Assembly: GCA_030600655.1 (NCBI GenBank)
Contig: JAUVLP010000003.1
Span: 1 to 60,851 of the forward strand
DNA length: 60,851 bases
From: Candidatus Eiseniibacteriota bacterium
GTDB lineage: Bacteria > Joyebacterota > Joyebacteria > Joyebacterales > Joyebacteraceae
Direction: 5' to 3'
Under the pieces are notes generated by a model. It made no database searches. It saw only the letters and a list, made by a program, of their open reading frames with translations, and was not told where the DNA came from. Of this stretch, positions 48,585 through 57,995 are shown in pieces (within the stretch, counting starts at the first letter, position 1; every line of letters begins with the position of its first letter). The position numbers and the translations under genes are program-made.

Positions 48585-49282
48585 TCTCTCACCTCGACGG
48601 GGTTCATGTCCTCAAGGATCATTCGAGCCGCTTCGCTCGGTCGCTTGCTCGAGTCCCTGATGGGACGGCCGATCACGATGTAGTCGGCGCCGTTCTCGAA
48701 TGCCTGGAGCGGTGTCGCGACACGGCGCTGATCCTGTTTGGCTGCCCAGGAAGGTCTGATGCCCGGAGTGACGATGAGGAAATCGGGACCCAGACGATCC
48801 CGGACGGCTCTTGCTTCCCAAGCTGAGGAAACGATTCCATCGAGCCCTGCGCCCTTTGCGCGCTCGGCCAGCGCCAGAACCTCGTCCACTGTCGATGACA
48901 TGCTTGTAAGGACCGTGATAGCCAGAATCTTCGGTGGGTCGATGCCGATTCGATCGGCCTCTTTCCGCGTGGCTGTCACTGCCGCTCGCATCATCGCTGT
49001 CCCGCCGGAGGCGTGGACATCAAACATGTCGACGCCCAGCGACGTAGCTGCGGCCGCTGCCTCGGCGACTGTGTTAGGGATATCGTGAAACTTGAGATCA
49101 AGGAAGACACCGTACCCTGACTTCTTCAGCTCTCTCACCAGCTCAGGTCCTTCCGCGGTGAAAAGCCGGCTGCCGACCTTGAAGTGCGAGGCGTAGTCCG
49201 CCGTTCTGTGCGCGAGGTCAAGCGCTTCCTCGCGAGTCGGCAGATCGAGGGCTATTATCAATCTGCTTCGTTTGTCAGACAT
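48581..49282 (-). CDS. pyrF: Orotidine-5'-phosphate decarboxylase
   Basis: IALD, FLDLKFHDIPNT, VTPGIR, DQ.R..TP, GRPI. Confidence 0.96.
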   Translation of the reverse strand: MSDKRSRLIIALDLPTREEALDLAHRTADYASHFKVGSRLFTAEGPELVRELKKSGYGVFLDLKFHDIPNTVAEAAAAATSLGVDMFDVHASGGTAMMRAAVTATRKEADRIGIDPPKILAITVLTSMSSTVDEVLALAERAKGAGLDGIVSSAWEARAVRDRLGPDFLIVTPGIRPSWAAKQDQRRVATPLQAFENGADYIVIGRPIRDSSKRPSEAARMILEDMNPVEVRE

Positions 49283-50202
49283 GTTTCCCTCTCCTTTCTT
49301 GCCGCGCCTACATACGCGGCCATCTCTTTCCATCCCTCCTGTTCCATCCGTCTCTCGATTCCGTTCACGATCAGAGCTGGGACTCCCGGGTCCTTGAAGA
49401 GGGCGGTTCCTACCTGGAACGCTGAAGCTCCCGCAAGGATGTATTCAAGCGCGTCGTCCGCCGTGGCTATGCCTCCCGAACCGATCAGGGGCAATCGTAC
49501 GGCTCCGGCTATCTTCCATGTCAGAGCAAGGTTGACCGGCAGGAGCGCCTTCCCGGACAGTCCTCCGAAGATGTTGCCGAGGGCCGGAGTCTTGCTGTTG
49601 AGGTCGACCCGCATGCCCGTCAGCGTGTTTGCGACCACGAGCGCATCAGCGCCTGCCTGCTCGGCCGCTTCCGCCACCGACAGTGCGTCTGCTACGTTTG
49701 GTGAGAGCTTCACGATCAGAGTCGACTGCGTCGCGGCTCTCGCCGCCCGCACTACCTTGCCCACCGCATCAGGGTCGGCCCAGAGGGGACGCCTCGCGCG
49801 CTTGATGTTCGGACACGAGATGTTGAGTTCAACGGCGGACACTTCATCTCTCTCTCCTACTGCAGATGCGAGATCGGCGAACTCTCCGGCGTCGGAACCA
49901 GCGATGCTTGCAATGAGTTCCGTCTGCAGTTGGGCCGTGCCGGGAAGCTTTTCCTTGAGAAATCTCTTGAGTCCCACGTTTTCGAGTCCTATGGAGTTCA
50001 GGAGTCCGCCCGGCGTTTCTCTCAGCCGCGGGGGGCGGTTGCCCTCGCGAGGATCAAGCGTGATGGTTTTTGTGACGATCGCACCGACCAGCGAGAGATC
50101 AATGAGGCGACCGTACTCGGTTCCGTACCCAACCGTTCCGGAAGCGAGGATGACGGGGTTCCGGAGAGTCAGCTTGCCTATCTTCGTGGTCAGGTCAGGC
50201 AC
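49258..50202 (-). CDS. pyrD: Dihydroorotate dehydrogenase, class 1B catalytic subunit
   Basis: NP..LASGT, GN.PPR..ET, NSIGL.N.G, ELNISCPN, VKLSPN, GGLSG. Confidence 0.96.
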   Translation of the reverse strand: MPDLTTKIGKLTLRNPVILASGTVGYGTEYGRLIDLSLVGAIVTKTITLDPREGNRPPRLRETPGGLLNSIGLENVGLKRFLKEKLPGTAQLQTELIASIAGSDAGEFADLASAVGERDEVSAVELNISCPNIKRARRPLWADPDAVGKVVRAARAATQSTLIVKLSPNVADALSVAEAAEQAGADALVVANTLTGMRVDLNSKTPALGNIFGGLSGKALLPVNLALTWKIAGAVRLPLIGSGGIATADDALEYILAGASAFQVGTALFKDPGVPALIVNGIERRMEQEGWKEMAAYVGAARKERETCLTNEAD

Positions 50203-50992
50203 AGGCGACACCCTCGAGCACCAGCGTACTCGCGTCAAAGACCGGGCCATCAGAACAGACGGTTTTGTAACCATCCCGTGTTTTCACAACGCATCCCCGG
50301 CAGGCTCCCGTTCCGCAGGCCATGATTTCCTCGAGCGATACCTCGCAGTGAAGGCCGCGCTCGAGAGCCAGCACCCCTGCAGCTTCAGTCATCGCTCTGG
50401 GTCCGCAACAGTAGACAACAGCTTCATCCGGAGTGTTTCCAAGCTCACGTACCAGAAGCTCACAGACGGTTCCTGGGAGCCCGGCGCTGCCATCGTCGGT
50501 TGCGACCTGCTGTTTCAACCGTCCATCCGGAGTCGCTTCCGGAAGCAGCCTGTGAAGAAGATGGTCGCGGTCTCTCGCGCCAACCAGCATTGTGAGAGGT
50601 TCCGGTCGTTGCGCCAGCCGTTGTGCCAGGAGCCGCACTCCCGCAACGCCTGCCCCGCCAGCCACGATCACGGCCGGTGCGCCCGAAGGCGGCATCGTGA
50701 AGCCTCGTCCGAGTGGTCCCAGGATCGAGACCGTTGTCCCGATCGGAAGAGCGGACAGTGCTTGTGTTCCCTCTCCGACCAGTTCTATGAGGAGTTCGAG
50801 CAGACCGGTCGCCGGTATTCCGGCAACGGAGAAGGGTCGCCTGAGCGCGAGACCGGCCAAGGCGTCGAGATGGACGAACTGGCCTGGTTCCGGTGGATCG
50901 AGATCGTCGCCGACGCTACACGCCAACAACAAGCTCGTTTGACTCGGCCGCTCGCTTGCCGTGATTCTCGCTACTGCCGTGCGCGGTTCCAA
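50195..50992 (-). CDS. pyrK: Dihydroorotate dehydrogenase electron transfer subunit
   Basis: PGQF, LRRPFS, GPLGRGF, CGP, MACG.GAC.GC...C.DGPVF. Confidence 0.95.
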   Translation of the reverse strand: MEPRTAVARITASERPSQTSLLLACSVGDDLDPPEPGQFVHLDALAGLALRRPFSVAGIPATGLLELLIELVGEGTQALSALPIGTTVSILGPLGRGFTMPPSGAPAVIVAGGAGVAGVRLLAQRLAQRPEPLTMLVGARDRDHLLHRLLPEATPDGRLKQQVATDDGSAGLPGTVCELLVRELGNTPDEAVVYCCGPRAMTEAAGVLALERGLHCEVSLEEIMACGTGACRGCVVKTRDGYKTVCSDGPVFDASTLVLEGVACA

Positions 50993-52265
50993 GATCCTCC
51001 TCGAACACTACCTCTCCATTGTGGATGGTCATGAGAACGCGCCCGGAGAGAGTGCTTCCTATAAACGGTGAGTTTTTCGACAGCGAACGGAACCAGTCGG
51101 CGGTAACTTCGACCTTGCCGTCAGGGTCGAAGACCACGACATCCGCAGCTGCCCCTGTCTCCAGCGTTCCCGCCGCAATTCCGAGCGCGCGCGCCGGTTC
51201 GATTGTCATGAGCGCAATGGCTTTCCCGAGGGAGAGGATGCCGGTGTCGACCATGTGGGTGATGGTCAGAGGAAGTAGCGTCTCCATACCTACCATGCCG
51301 GGGGGGGCCGCGTCAAATTCCACTTGCTTCTCTTCCAGAGAGTGTGGGGCGTGGTCGCTCGCTACGGCGTCGATCGTTCCGTCCCGGAGCCCTTCCCTGA
51401 TCGCCTCCACATCATCCGCTGAGCGTAGAGGTGGATTGACGCGCGTACTCGTGTCATAGCTTCTGACGTCATCATCGGTCAGGCAGAAGTAGTGAGGGCA
51501 GGTCTCGCAGGTCACGGTTATGCCGTCCGCCTTCGCGCGCCGCACGAGCTCGACAGAGCCTCGCGTTGAGACGTGTGCAATGTGGAGTCTGGCGCCGGCG
51601 GATTTCGCGAGCAGGATGTCGCGCGCGACGATGGTTTCCTCGGCTACGGCTGGGATCGGTGACAGACCGGACCGTGTCGATGCGAGGCCTTCGTTCACTG
51701 TTCCCGATCCGACGAGGGCCTGATCCTCGCAGTGCGCGATGATCACTCGTCCAATCATAGTAGCGTACTGCAGAGCTCTTCTCATGACATTAGCGTCAGC
51801 TACGGATCTGCCGTCGTCTGAGAAGGCGACGGCGCCGGCCTCGGCCAGCTCAGCCAGTGGCGCGAGTGTTTTGCCCTCTCTGCCTACTGTGATCGCCGCT
51901 ATCGGGTGAACGTTGGTGAGTTTGCCGCGGGAGCGGACGTACTCGACCCACGCTGGAGTGTCGATGGTGGGTTCGGTGTTCGGCATTGCTGCAAGCGTGG
52001 TTATTCCACCGTGGACGGCCGCACGGGTCCCGCTCTCCACGGTCTCCTCTTGTTCTCCACCCGGCTCTCTCAGGTGAACGTGCATGTCAACGAGTCCGGG
52101 TGCGACCACGCCCTCCGGGATTTCCACGATCCGTGTCTCCTCATCCACTGCGATACCCACGCCCCGTGAGGCGACTACACCATCTGCGATGAGAAGATCG
52201 ATTCGCTCGTCGGTGGCCGTGGCAGGATCGATCAGACGCATACCTCTCAGCAGTATCTTACTCAT
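50916..52265 (-). CDS. pyrC: Dihydroorotase
   Basis: DMHVHLREPG, MPNT, HCE, HIAH, NPPLR, ASDHAPH. Confidence 0.97.
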   Translation of the reverse strand: MSKILLRGMRLIDPATATDERIDLLIADGVVASRGVGIAVDEETRIVEIPEGVVAPGLVDMHVHLREPGGEQEETVESGTRAAVHGGITTLAAMPNTEPTIDTPAWVEYVRSRGKLTNVHPIAAITVGREGKTLAPLAELAEAGAVAFSDDGRSVADANVMRRALQYATMIGRVIIAHCEDQALVGSGTVNEGLASTRSGLSPIPAVAEETIVARDILLAKSAGARLHIAHVSTRGSVELVRRAKADGITVTCETCPHYFCLTDDDVRSYDTSTRVNPPLRSADDVEAIREGLRDGTIDAVASDHAPHSLEEKQVEFDAAPPGMVGMETLLPLTITHMVDTGILSLGKAIALMTIEPARALGIAAGTLETGAAADVVVFDPDGKVEVTADWFRSLSKNSPFIGSTLSGRVLMTIHNGEVVFEEDLGTAHGSSENHGKRAAESNELVVGV

Positions 52266-53230
52266 GCGCCCACCTCCGCGAGGATGTCCGGTTCTTCCAC
52301 CTGCTTCGAAGCCCGAACCATCGAGAGCAGGTAGAGTATTGCCATGCGCACTGCAACTCCGTTCGTGACCTGTTCCAGAATAACAGAACGGTCACCGTCT
52401 GCCACATCTGGTGCTATTTCGACCCCTCTGTTGATGGGGCCCGGATGCATTATGAGGACATCAGGTTTCATCTCCCGGAGTCGGGCGGCGTTGATTCCGA
52501 AGAGCGCCGAGTACTCTCTGAGGCTTGGGAGAAAGCCCCCGCTCTGTCTCTCTCTCTGAATCCTCAGGATGTTCACGATGTCGGCCTCCACTGTCGCGTC
52601 TCTGATGTCGTGTGAGACCGTGACGCCTAGTTGCTCCACCTCGGCCGGCATGAACGTGTTCGGTCCGCAGAGTGTGACATCCGCGCCGAGCGCCTTGAGT
52701 CCCCATATGTCGGAGCGTGCAACGCGTGAATGAAGTATGTCGCCCACAATCGTGACACGTTTGCCCCTGAGGTCTGCGACGTGCTCCCGCATAGTGAAGA
52801 GGTCCAGAAGAGCCTGAGTCGGATGTTCGTGCGGTCCGTCGCCCGCGTTGATGATGGATCCGTCGATGTGATCAGTGAGGAAGTGCGGAGCTCCGGGCGA
52901 GGGGTGGCGCATCACGACGATGTCGACCTTCATTGCTTCGATGTTTCGCGCGGTGTCCCTGAGTGTCTCGCCCTTCTTGAGACTTGATGATGAGGCAGAG
53001 AAATTCAGCACGTCAGCCGAGAGCCTCTTCTCGGCAAGTTCGAACGACATGCGCGTTCTCGTACTTGCTTCGAAAAACAGATTGACGACCGTGATACCGC
53101 GCAACGTAGGAACCTTCTTGACCGATCGATCGAGGATCTCGCGGAACCTTGATGTTGTGTCGAGGATCGTGACTACTTCGTCATATCCAATCCCCTCGAG
53201 GCCAAGGAGGTGCTTCCGTGTCCAGGTCAT
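52262..53230 (-). CDS. pyrB: Aspartate carbamoyltransferase catalytic subunit
   Basis: FFEASTRT..SF, NAGDG..EHPTQALLD, RIQRER, HPGP.NRG. Confidence 0.98.
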   Translation of the reverse strand: MTWTRKHLLGLEGIGYDEVVTILDTTSRFREILDRSVKKVPTLRGITVVNLFFEASTRTRMSFELAEKRLSADVLNFSASSSSLKKGETLRDTARNIEAMKVDIVVMRHPSPGAPHFLTDHIDGSIINAGDGPHEHPTQALLDLFTMREHVADLRGKRVTIVGDILHSRVARSDIWGLKALGADVTLCGPNTFMPAEVEQLGVTVSHDIRDATVEADIVNILRIQRERQSGGFLPSLREYSALFGINAARLREMKPDVLIMHPGPINRGVEIAPDVADGDRSVILEQVTNGVAVRMAILYLLSMVRASKQVEEPDILAEVGA

Positions 53231-53262
53231 GACTCCTCCCCTCGAGGCCCAGGGTGGAACAC

Positions 53263-53357
53263 AAAAACGGGCCACGCAAGCAGTCGCCAGCGATAACCCG
53301 TCTTTCTGTTCGATTCTTTTCTCACCCTTTCTAGCCTCGCAGTGCTAGTTTAAAAGG
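53263..53357 (-). promoter_or_regulatory. PyrR-binding anti-antiterminator plus terminator (pyr attenuator)
   Basis: Minus strand CCTTTTAAACT-AGCACTGCGAGGCT-AGAAAGG (12/14 to ARUCCNGNGAGGYU), then ACGGGTTATCGC...GCGTGGCCCGT-TTTTGT hairpin before the pyrB RBS. Confidence 0.8.
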
Positions 53358-53378
53358 CGACTCCTAACGTCTATCGAC

Positions 53379-53407
53379 AGCCTATTGCGATTTCGCTCCG
53401 GGCGCAA
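53379..53407 (-). promoter_or_regulatory. Candidate sigma70 promoter of pyr/pur operon
   Basis: TTGCGC-17 bp-TAGGCT just upstream of the attenuator. Confidence 0.45.
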
Positions 53408-53452
53408 GTGATTTATTTCGCCAGGGGGAGAAATTCGGTGGAGACGATGGTC

Positions 53453-53797
53453 CTAGTCTCCCTTGAGCGGGACGATGCAGAGAAATCTGAGCCGTCCGTC
53501 ACCGGTGTTCGTGAAATTGTGCTGCTCATTTGGGTCCACCAGCAGGGAGTCTCCGGCTCCAAAGTCAGCATTGCCGTTCTCCGTCTTGAGAATTCCCGTG
53601 CCTTCCAGCACGTAGATCACATGCTCCCAGTCGTGCGTATGCCACGGCGTGTGACCGCCGGCCTCGAGCTCGAAGAGCCTCATGGCGGCAGTCGGTGCGC
53701 CGTCGGCAGAGGTAACAAGACCAGCCTTGCTCACTCCCTCGGCTCCCTCGATGCTGATCATCTGAGGAACGCGCTCATCACTTGTCACGTGCTTCAT
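53453..53797 (-). CDS. Cupin-domain protein
   Basis: MRLFEL..GGHTPWHTHDWEH.IYVLEG, PNEQHNF.N; AGGAG RBS. Confidence 0.9.
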   Translation of the reverse strand: MKHVTSDERVPQMISIEGAEGVSKAGLVTSADGAPTAAMRLFELEAGGHTPWHTHDWEHVIYVLEGTGILKTENGNADFGAGDSLLVDPNEQHNFTNTGDGRLRFLCIVPLKGD

Positions 53798-53842
53798 CGG
53801 GAATCTCCTGTGAGTTAGACTATCCAGTTTCGGAAGCGGGTG

Positions 53843-53858
53843 TTGGCACACTATTGCA
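53843..53858 (+). promoter_or_regulatory. sigma54 (-24/-12) promoter consensus
   Basis: TTGGCACACTATTGCA is a full match to YTGGCACRNNNTTGCW. Confidence 0.65.
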
Positions 53859-54232
53859 CCTTCCTGCACGTCTTGGTCGACACGCAGTATAGATGAGTTG
53901 CCTCTTTGTGTCTCCCCTTCCTTCTGTGGAGCGGTGTCTGGGTCAGAAGCGAACCGACTTCCTTGCCTTGCCGCGTGGATCGAAATGCGCCTATGTGTCT
54001 CCTGCGTACATCTGAATTTGGTTTAACAGTACCACACTGTAGACGTAGTGTCCATCTTGTTGGATCGTGGTGCCCGGTTGGTTCCGTAGTGAGCAAACCG
54101 GGCGGATCGTCGCAGGAGTAGTAGCAGTCCAGCCATTCAGTGCCGATCGTAGTATGGGTGCACGATGCTCGGTTGTACCTGCCTGCGGGCTCCCACTACA
54201 CGGGAGCCCGCGCACTGCGTCATGGTGTGTAC

Positions 54233-54361
54233 ACGATCGATTTCCCTCCGGTTTCTAGGCTTTCGAGGGATAACGCTCGCGGCTATCACCTCGTGGTCCA
54301 CCCCGTTGCCCTTGAGCGCCCTCTGAAGAACGTAGCTGGTTCCGGGCATCTTGCAGCAGCT
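54233..54361 (-). mobile_element. Degenerate IS110-family transposase fragment
   Basis: SCCKMPGTSYVLQRALKGNGVDHEVIAASVIPRKPRNRREIDR resembles IS110 N-terminal CYEAGP.GY.L.R.L...G..C.VIAPS.IP.KPGDR.KTDR. Confidence 0.6.
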
Positions 54362-54580
54362 ATCCGATTCTTGAGAGGACGACGAGGCCATATGTGAGGA
54401 TGAAGTTGCCGATGTAGAGCGGGCTGCGTACGTGCGCGAACGGCCCGGCGGCGACCAGTTCCTTTATCTTGCGTCCCCGGGTGCGCGTTCTCTTTCCAGC
54501 CACATCGACTGCTCGGAATCTGTGGAGTTCTTCTCCCACCGTCAATGCCAGGGAGACGATGAGGAGCCACGGTTGGATCC
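54360..54580 (-). pseudogene. Internal fragment of an ICMT/PEMT-family membrane methyltransferase
   Basis: ELVAAGPFAHVRSPLYIGNFIL motif; no own start, early stop. Confidence 0.6.
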
Positions 54581-55052
54581 CTCCCCGGGGCACTCGCACT
54601 GCTCGCACTCGATGGTCAGCGTGAAATCGCTCTCCGTACCGCTGTAGCCGTCGACGACAATGTAGTACGTGCGGGGGTGTGAGAAATGCGGTTGTGGCAT
54701 AGCTGTCGCCGTATGCGATGCAGTTGTCCTCATCGCAGCTTCCAAGTATAAAAATGTCCAGATCGGCCGTCATGTTGGAGATAGTGGCAGTGACGATGTA
54801 GCAGTCGTCAAGGATGAGTTCGTAGACCGCTTCGCCACCGGCTTCATCCCAACCGACGCACGAGTAAGTCTCGACGCTATTTGGCAGGCCGATGTTCGAG
54901 CCCTGAACGACGTCGCCACAGTTGATGTCAATGGCGGGAGTGCAATCGAGCAGACCGCGAGATCCCTGGACCGGCTCGGTCTAGTCCTTCTTCGCGGCCG
55001 TGGTGCCGATAGCCAGCGCGACGATCATGACAGCAATCAGTGCGTAACACGT
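54580..55052 (-). pseudogene. Decayed secreted Cys-rich (PPC-like beta-sandwich) protein gene
   Basis: AGGAGG RBS followed by ACG instead of ATG, signal-like ALIAVMIVALAIG, in-frame TAG 54981-54983, frameshift near 54675 before TYYIVVDGY...FTLTIEC. Confidence 0.7.
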
Positions 55053-55107
55053 TGTTCCTCCTGTGCAGCTGTTCTTCAACGCCCCGTGGTCATCACTGTC
55101 GAGGTGT

Positions 55108-57906
55108 TCACCGATGGAATGCAGAATGGAGCTTCGCAGGAAATGAGCCGGGCGCAGTCCTGCGAAGTCGCTTCCGGAGCTTGAGAAGCTCGAAGGCTGC
55201 CAGATAGACTCCGGCCGCCCCCAGGACGTACAGCCAGTCGGTCAGTGACGGTCCTCTGAAGGAAAGGAAATCCTGGACGAGCGGACCGTAGGCTGCGACC
55301 GACGTCAATGCCACTGAGATCACTACCGACCAGAGGAAGATCCTGTTGGTCCAGAATGTGCGGCTGAAGACAGAGCGGAACTCATAGCGGCGTGAGAGTA
55401 TGTTTGCGAACTGGCAGTAGGCTACCGTCATGTAGCTGACCGTCGTTGCGCGCATGTACTTCAATATTTGGCTCGTGTCGACAGGGAAAGTCACGCCCTC
55501 GCGCTGTATGAAAAGGGCGTAGTTCGCGAAGGCCAGTGCTCCCATCAGAACGGCAAGAAGTGTCACCTCAGGCGACGTCCGGCGGTTCAGGATGTGGTCC
55601 CCGAGATTGCGTGGCGGAGCGGTCATGATCTCCTCGGATGGGGGATCGAACGTCAGCGATGTTAGCGGCAGGATCTCGGCAAGAAGGTCGATTGCAAGTA
55701 TCTGTATGGCCAGCATCGCGATGGCCCAGTTCTTCAGTGAGACTGCCGTGAGGGCCAGGAGCACAACAACCAGTTCTGCTCCGTTGGTCGTCATCGAGGC
55801 GAGAACCGTCTTTCGCAGGTTCTCATAGATGGTTCTCCCCTCCCGCACAGCCGCAACGAGAGTCGGGAAGCTGTCATCCAGGAGCACCAGCTCGGATGCT
55901 TCCTTTGCGACGTCGGTTCCTATCTTCCCCATCGCGACACCGATATCGGCTCGTTTGAGAGCAGGGGCATCGTTCACGCCGTCGCCGGTGACGGCCACAA
56001 CCTCCCCGGCGTTTCCCAGAAGTGTCACGATCCGCAGTTTGTCTTCCGGGCTCACGCGCGAGAATATGAGAGCTTCGTTCTTGCTCATCAAGCTCGTGAG
56101 GTCGTCGTCGCCTATCTGTCCGAGTTCACTTCCTGTGATGACGAGTGCGTCACCTCCGGATTCCGAGAGCCCGATCTCGCGACCGACCGCCTGCGCGGTA
56201 GTGGCGTGGTCGCCCGTCATAATGAAGGTCCGGATCTTTGCCGTGTGGCAGTCCTCTATGGCCTCACGGACTCCGTCCTTGGGAGGATCCATCATGCCTA
56301 CCAGCCCCAGGAAAACCACGTCTCGCTCTACTTCTTCGAGTACGTAATCCTGTCTGTTGTCGTCGAGCGGACGAAACGCAATTGCGAGCACGCGAAGAGC
56401 ATGACCTGAGAACTCCTCATTTACGGCTGTGATCCGTTCCCGGTCTTCATCCGTGATCGGAACGGCCTTGCCGTCACGGTAGATTGATCTGCTGATGGAG
56501 AGAACGCTGTCGGGCGCGCCCTTCATCGCCAGTTGAAGCCGATCACCAAACTGCCTGACTGAGCTCATGCGTTTCCGCTCCGAATCGAACGGGAACTCAT
56601 GAAGCTCCGGGTTCTCCTCATCCTCCGTCGGCGAACGCGTCCCCAGCTTGGTGGACATCGTGACAAGAGCAGCCTCCGTGGGATCCCCGACAGCGTACCA
56701 GCCGTCGTGTTCCTCATCAGGTTTGTGGATCTCGGCGTTGGATGCCATTGTTCCCGCATCCATGAGGATCTCTATCTCGTCTATCTGTTCCTCCGTGAGT
56801 GTCTTGCCGCTTTCGTCTTCTATTCCTCCCTCGGGTTTGTACCCCGTGCCGGTGAGCCGGTAGTCCTTTCCGTTGAACCAGACTCGTGTGACCGTCATCT
56901 GGTTCTTCGTGAGTGTGCCGGTCTTATCGGTGCAGATGACGGTAGTCGATCCCAGGGTCTCAATGGCCGGAAGGTTCTTCACGACCGCATTCCGGTCGGC
57001 CAGACGCTTGCTCGCTGCTGAGAGGGCGACTGTAACCTGAGCCGGGAGTGCCTGCGGGACCAGTGCGACGGCGATCCCGAGCGCGAGGACCACGCTCTCG
57101 ATACGAGTGAAATCCTGCCACACTGCCACCCCGAAAAGCGCCGCTCCGATCACCACAACGATCATTGTCAGGCGCTTCGCGAGCGCACCGAGTTCCTTCT
57201 CAAGAGGGGAAGGCACCGCGGGTGTTGCCTGCGTCATCGTGGCGATGTGTCCCATCTCTGTGTTCATGCCGGTTCTTACCACCACGGCGGTCGCCGTGCC
57301 GGATGCCACAGATGTTCCGACGTAGGCCATGTTGTCACGGTCCGCCAGGACGCAGTCGCTTGTGATCGCGTCACTTCCCTTTCCCTGCGGAGTCGATTCT
57401 CCCGTTAGTGAGAAGTCGCTCGTTCTCAGATTGAACGATTCGATGATCCTCATGTCGGCCGGCACCTTATCGCCTTCTTCTATCCGAACGATGTCGCCCG
57501 GCACGAGCTTGTCCTGGGATGCCTCCGTGAGTTCTCCGTCTACCATGACCCTGGCCGGCGAACGTATGAGGTTCTTCAGGCTTTCGACGATCTTGCCCGC
57601 CTTGTACTCCTGGGTAAAGCCGATGGCGGCGTTGACGATGACGATGACGAGCATGACGGAGCCGTCACGGTAGCTGCCGATGCTGAACGAGACCGCGGCG
57701 GCAACAATGAGTACAATGACCAGCACGTCCCGGAACTGTCGGATGAAGGTCATGAGCTTCGATACCCGGCATTCCCCCGACAGTTCGTTCGGGCCGAACT
57801 TCAGGCGCCTTTCATCGGACTCCTTTCGAGAGAGGCCTTTCGCACTCGTTTCGAGAGCGGCGAGAACCTCTTCGACCGTCATTCTGTAGTAGTTCCGGTC
57901 CGCCAT
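55108..57906 (-). CDS. P-type cation-transporting ATPase (type IIA-like)
   Basis: TGES, DKTGTLT, KGAP, DPP, TGD, GDGVNDAPALK. Confidence 0.95.
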   Translation of the reverse strand: MADRNYYRMTVEEVLAALETSAKGLSRKESDERRLKFGPNELSGECRVSKLMTFIRQFRDVLVIVLIVAAAVSFSIGSYRDGSVMLVIVIVNAAIGFTQEYKAGKIVESLKNLIRSPARVMVDGELTEASQDKLVPGDIVRIEEGDKVPADMRIIESFNLRTSDFSLTGESTPQGKGSDAITSDCVLADRDNMAYVGTSVASGTATAVVVRTGMNTEMGHIATMTQATPAVPSPLEKELGALAKRLTMIVVVIGAALFGVAVWQDFTRIESVVLALGIAVALVPQALPAQVTVALSAASKRLADRNAVVKNLPAIETLGSTTVICTDKTGTLTKNQMTVTRVWFNGKDYRLTGTGYKPEGGIEDESGKTLTEEQIDEIEILMDAGTMASNAEIHKPDEEHDGWYAVGDPTEAALVTMSTKLGTRSPTEDEENPELHEFPFDSERKRMSSVRQFGDRLQLAMKGAPDSVLSISRSIYRDGKAVPITDEDRERITAVNEEFSGHALRVLAIAFRPLDDNRQDYVLEEVERDVVFLGLVGMMDPPKDGVREAIEDCHTAKIRTFIMTGDHATTAQAVGREIGLSESGGDALVITGSELGQIGDDDLTSLMSKNEALIFSRVSPEDKLRIVTLLGNAGEVVAVTGDGVNDAPALKRADIGVAMGKIGTDVAKEASELVLLDDSFPTLVAAVREGRTIYENLRKTVLASMTTNGAELVVVLLALTAVSLKNWAIAMLAIQILAIDLLAEILPLTSLTFDPPSEEIMTAPPRNLGDHILNRRTSPEVTLLAVLMGALAFANYALFIQREGVTFPVDTSQILKYMRATTVSYMTVAYCQFANILSRRYEFRSVFSRTFWTNRIFLWSVVISVALTSVAAYGPLVQDFLSFRGPSLTDWLYVLGAAGVYLAAFELLKLRKRLRRTAPGSFPAKLHSAFHR

Positions 57907-57995
57907 TTAACGGATTCCTCCTTGGGAAGCCCGACTGTTGGTGAGAGATCTCCAGACCCAAGCCCGGTTCAAGTCAAGGTTGGTGTCTGCGCAAA

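Noticed and set aside
49184-51034. 616-aa ORF on + strand
   Set aside because: Antisense shadow of pyrD/pyrK; Ser/Arg/Ala-rich with no motifs, as expected in GC-rich DNA
54981-54983. In-frame TAG as possible pyrrolysine or readthrough
   Set aside because: The same gene also has a lost start, a frameshift and a truncation; other genes here use TAG as a normal stop
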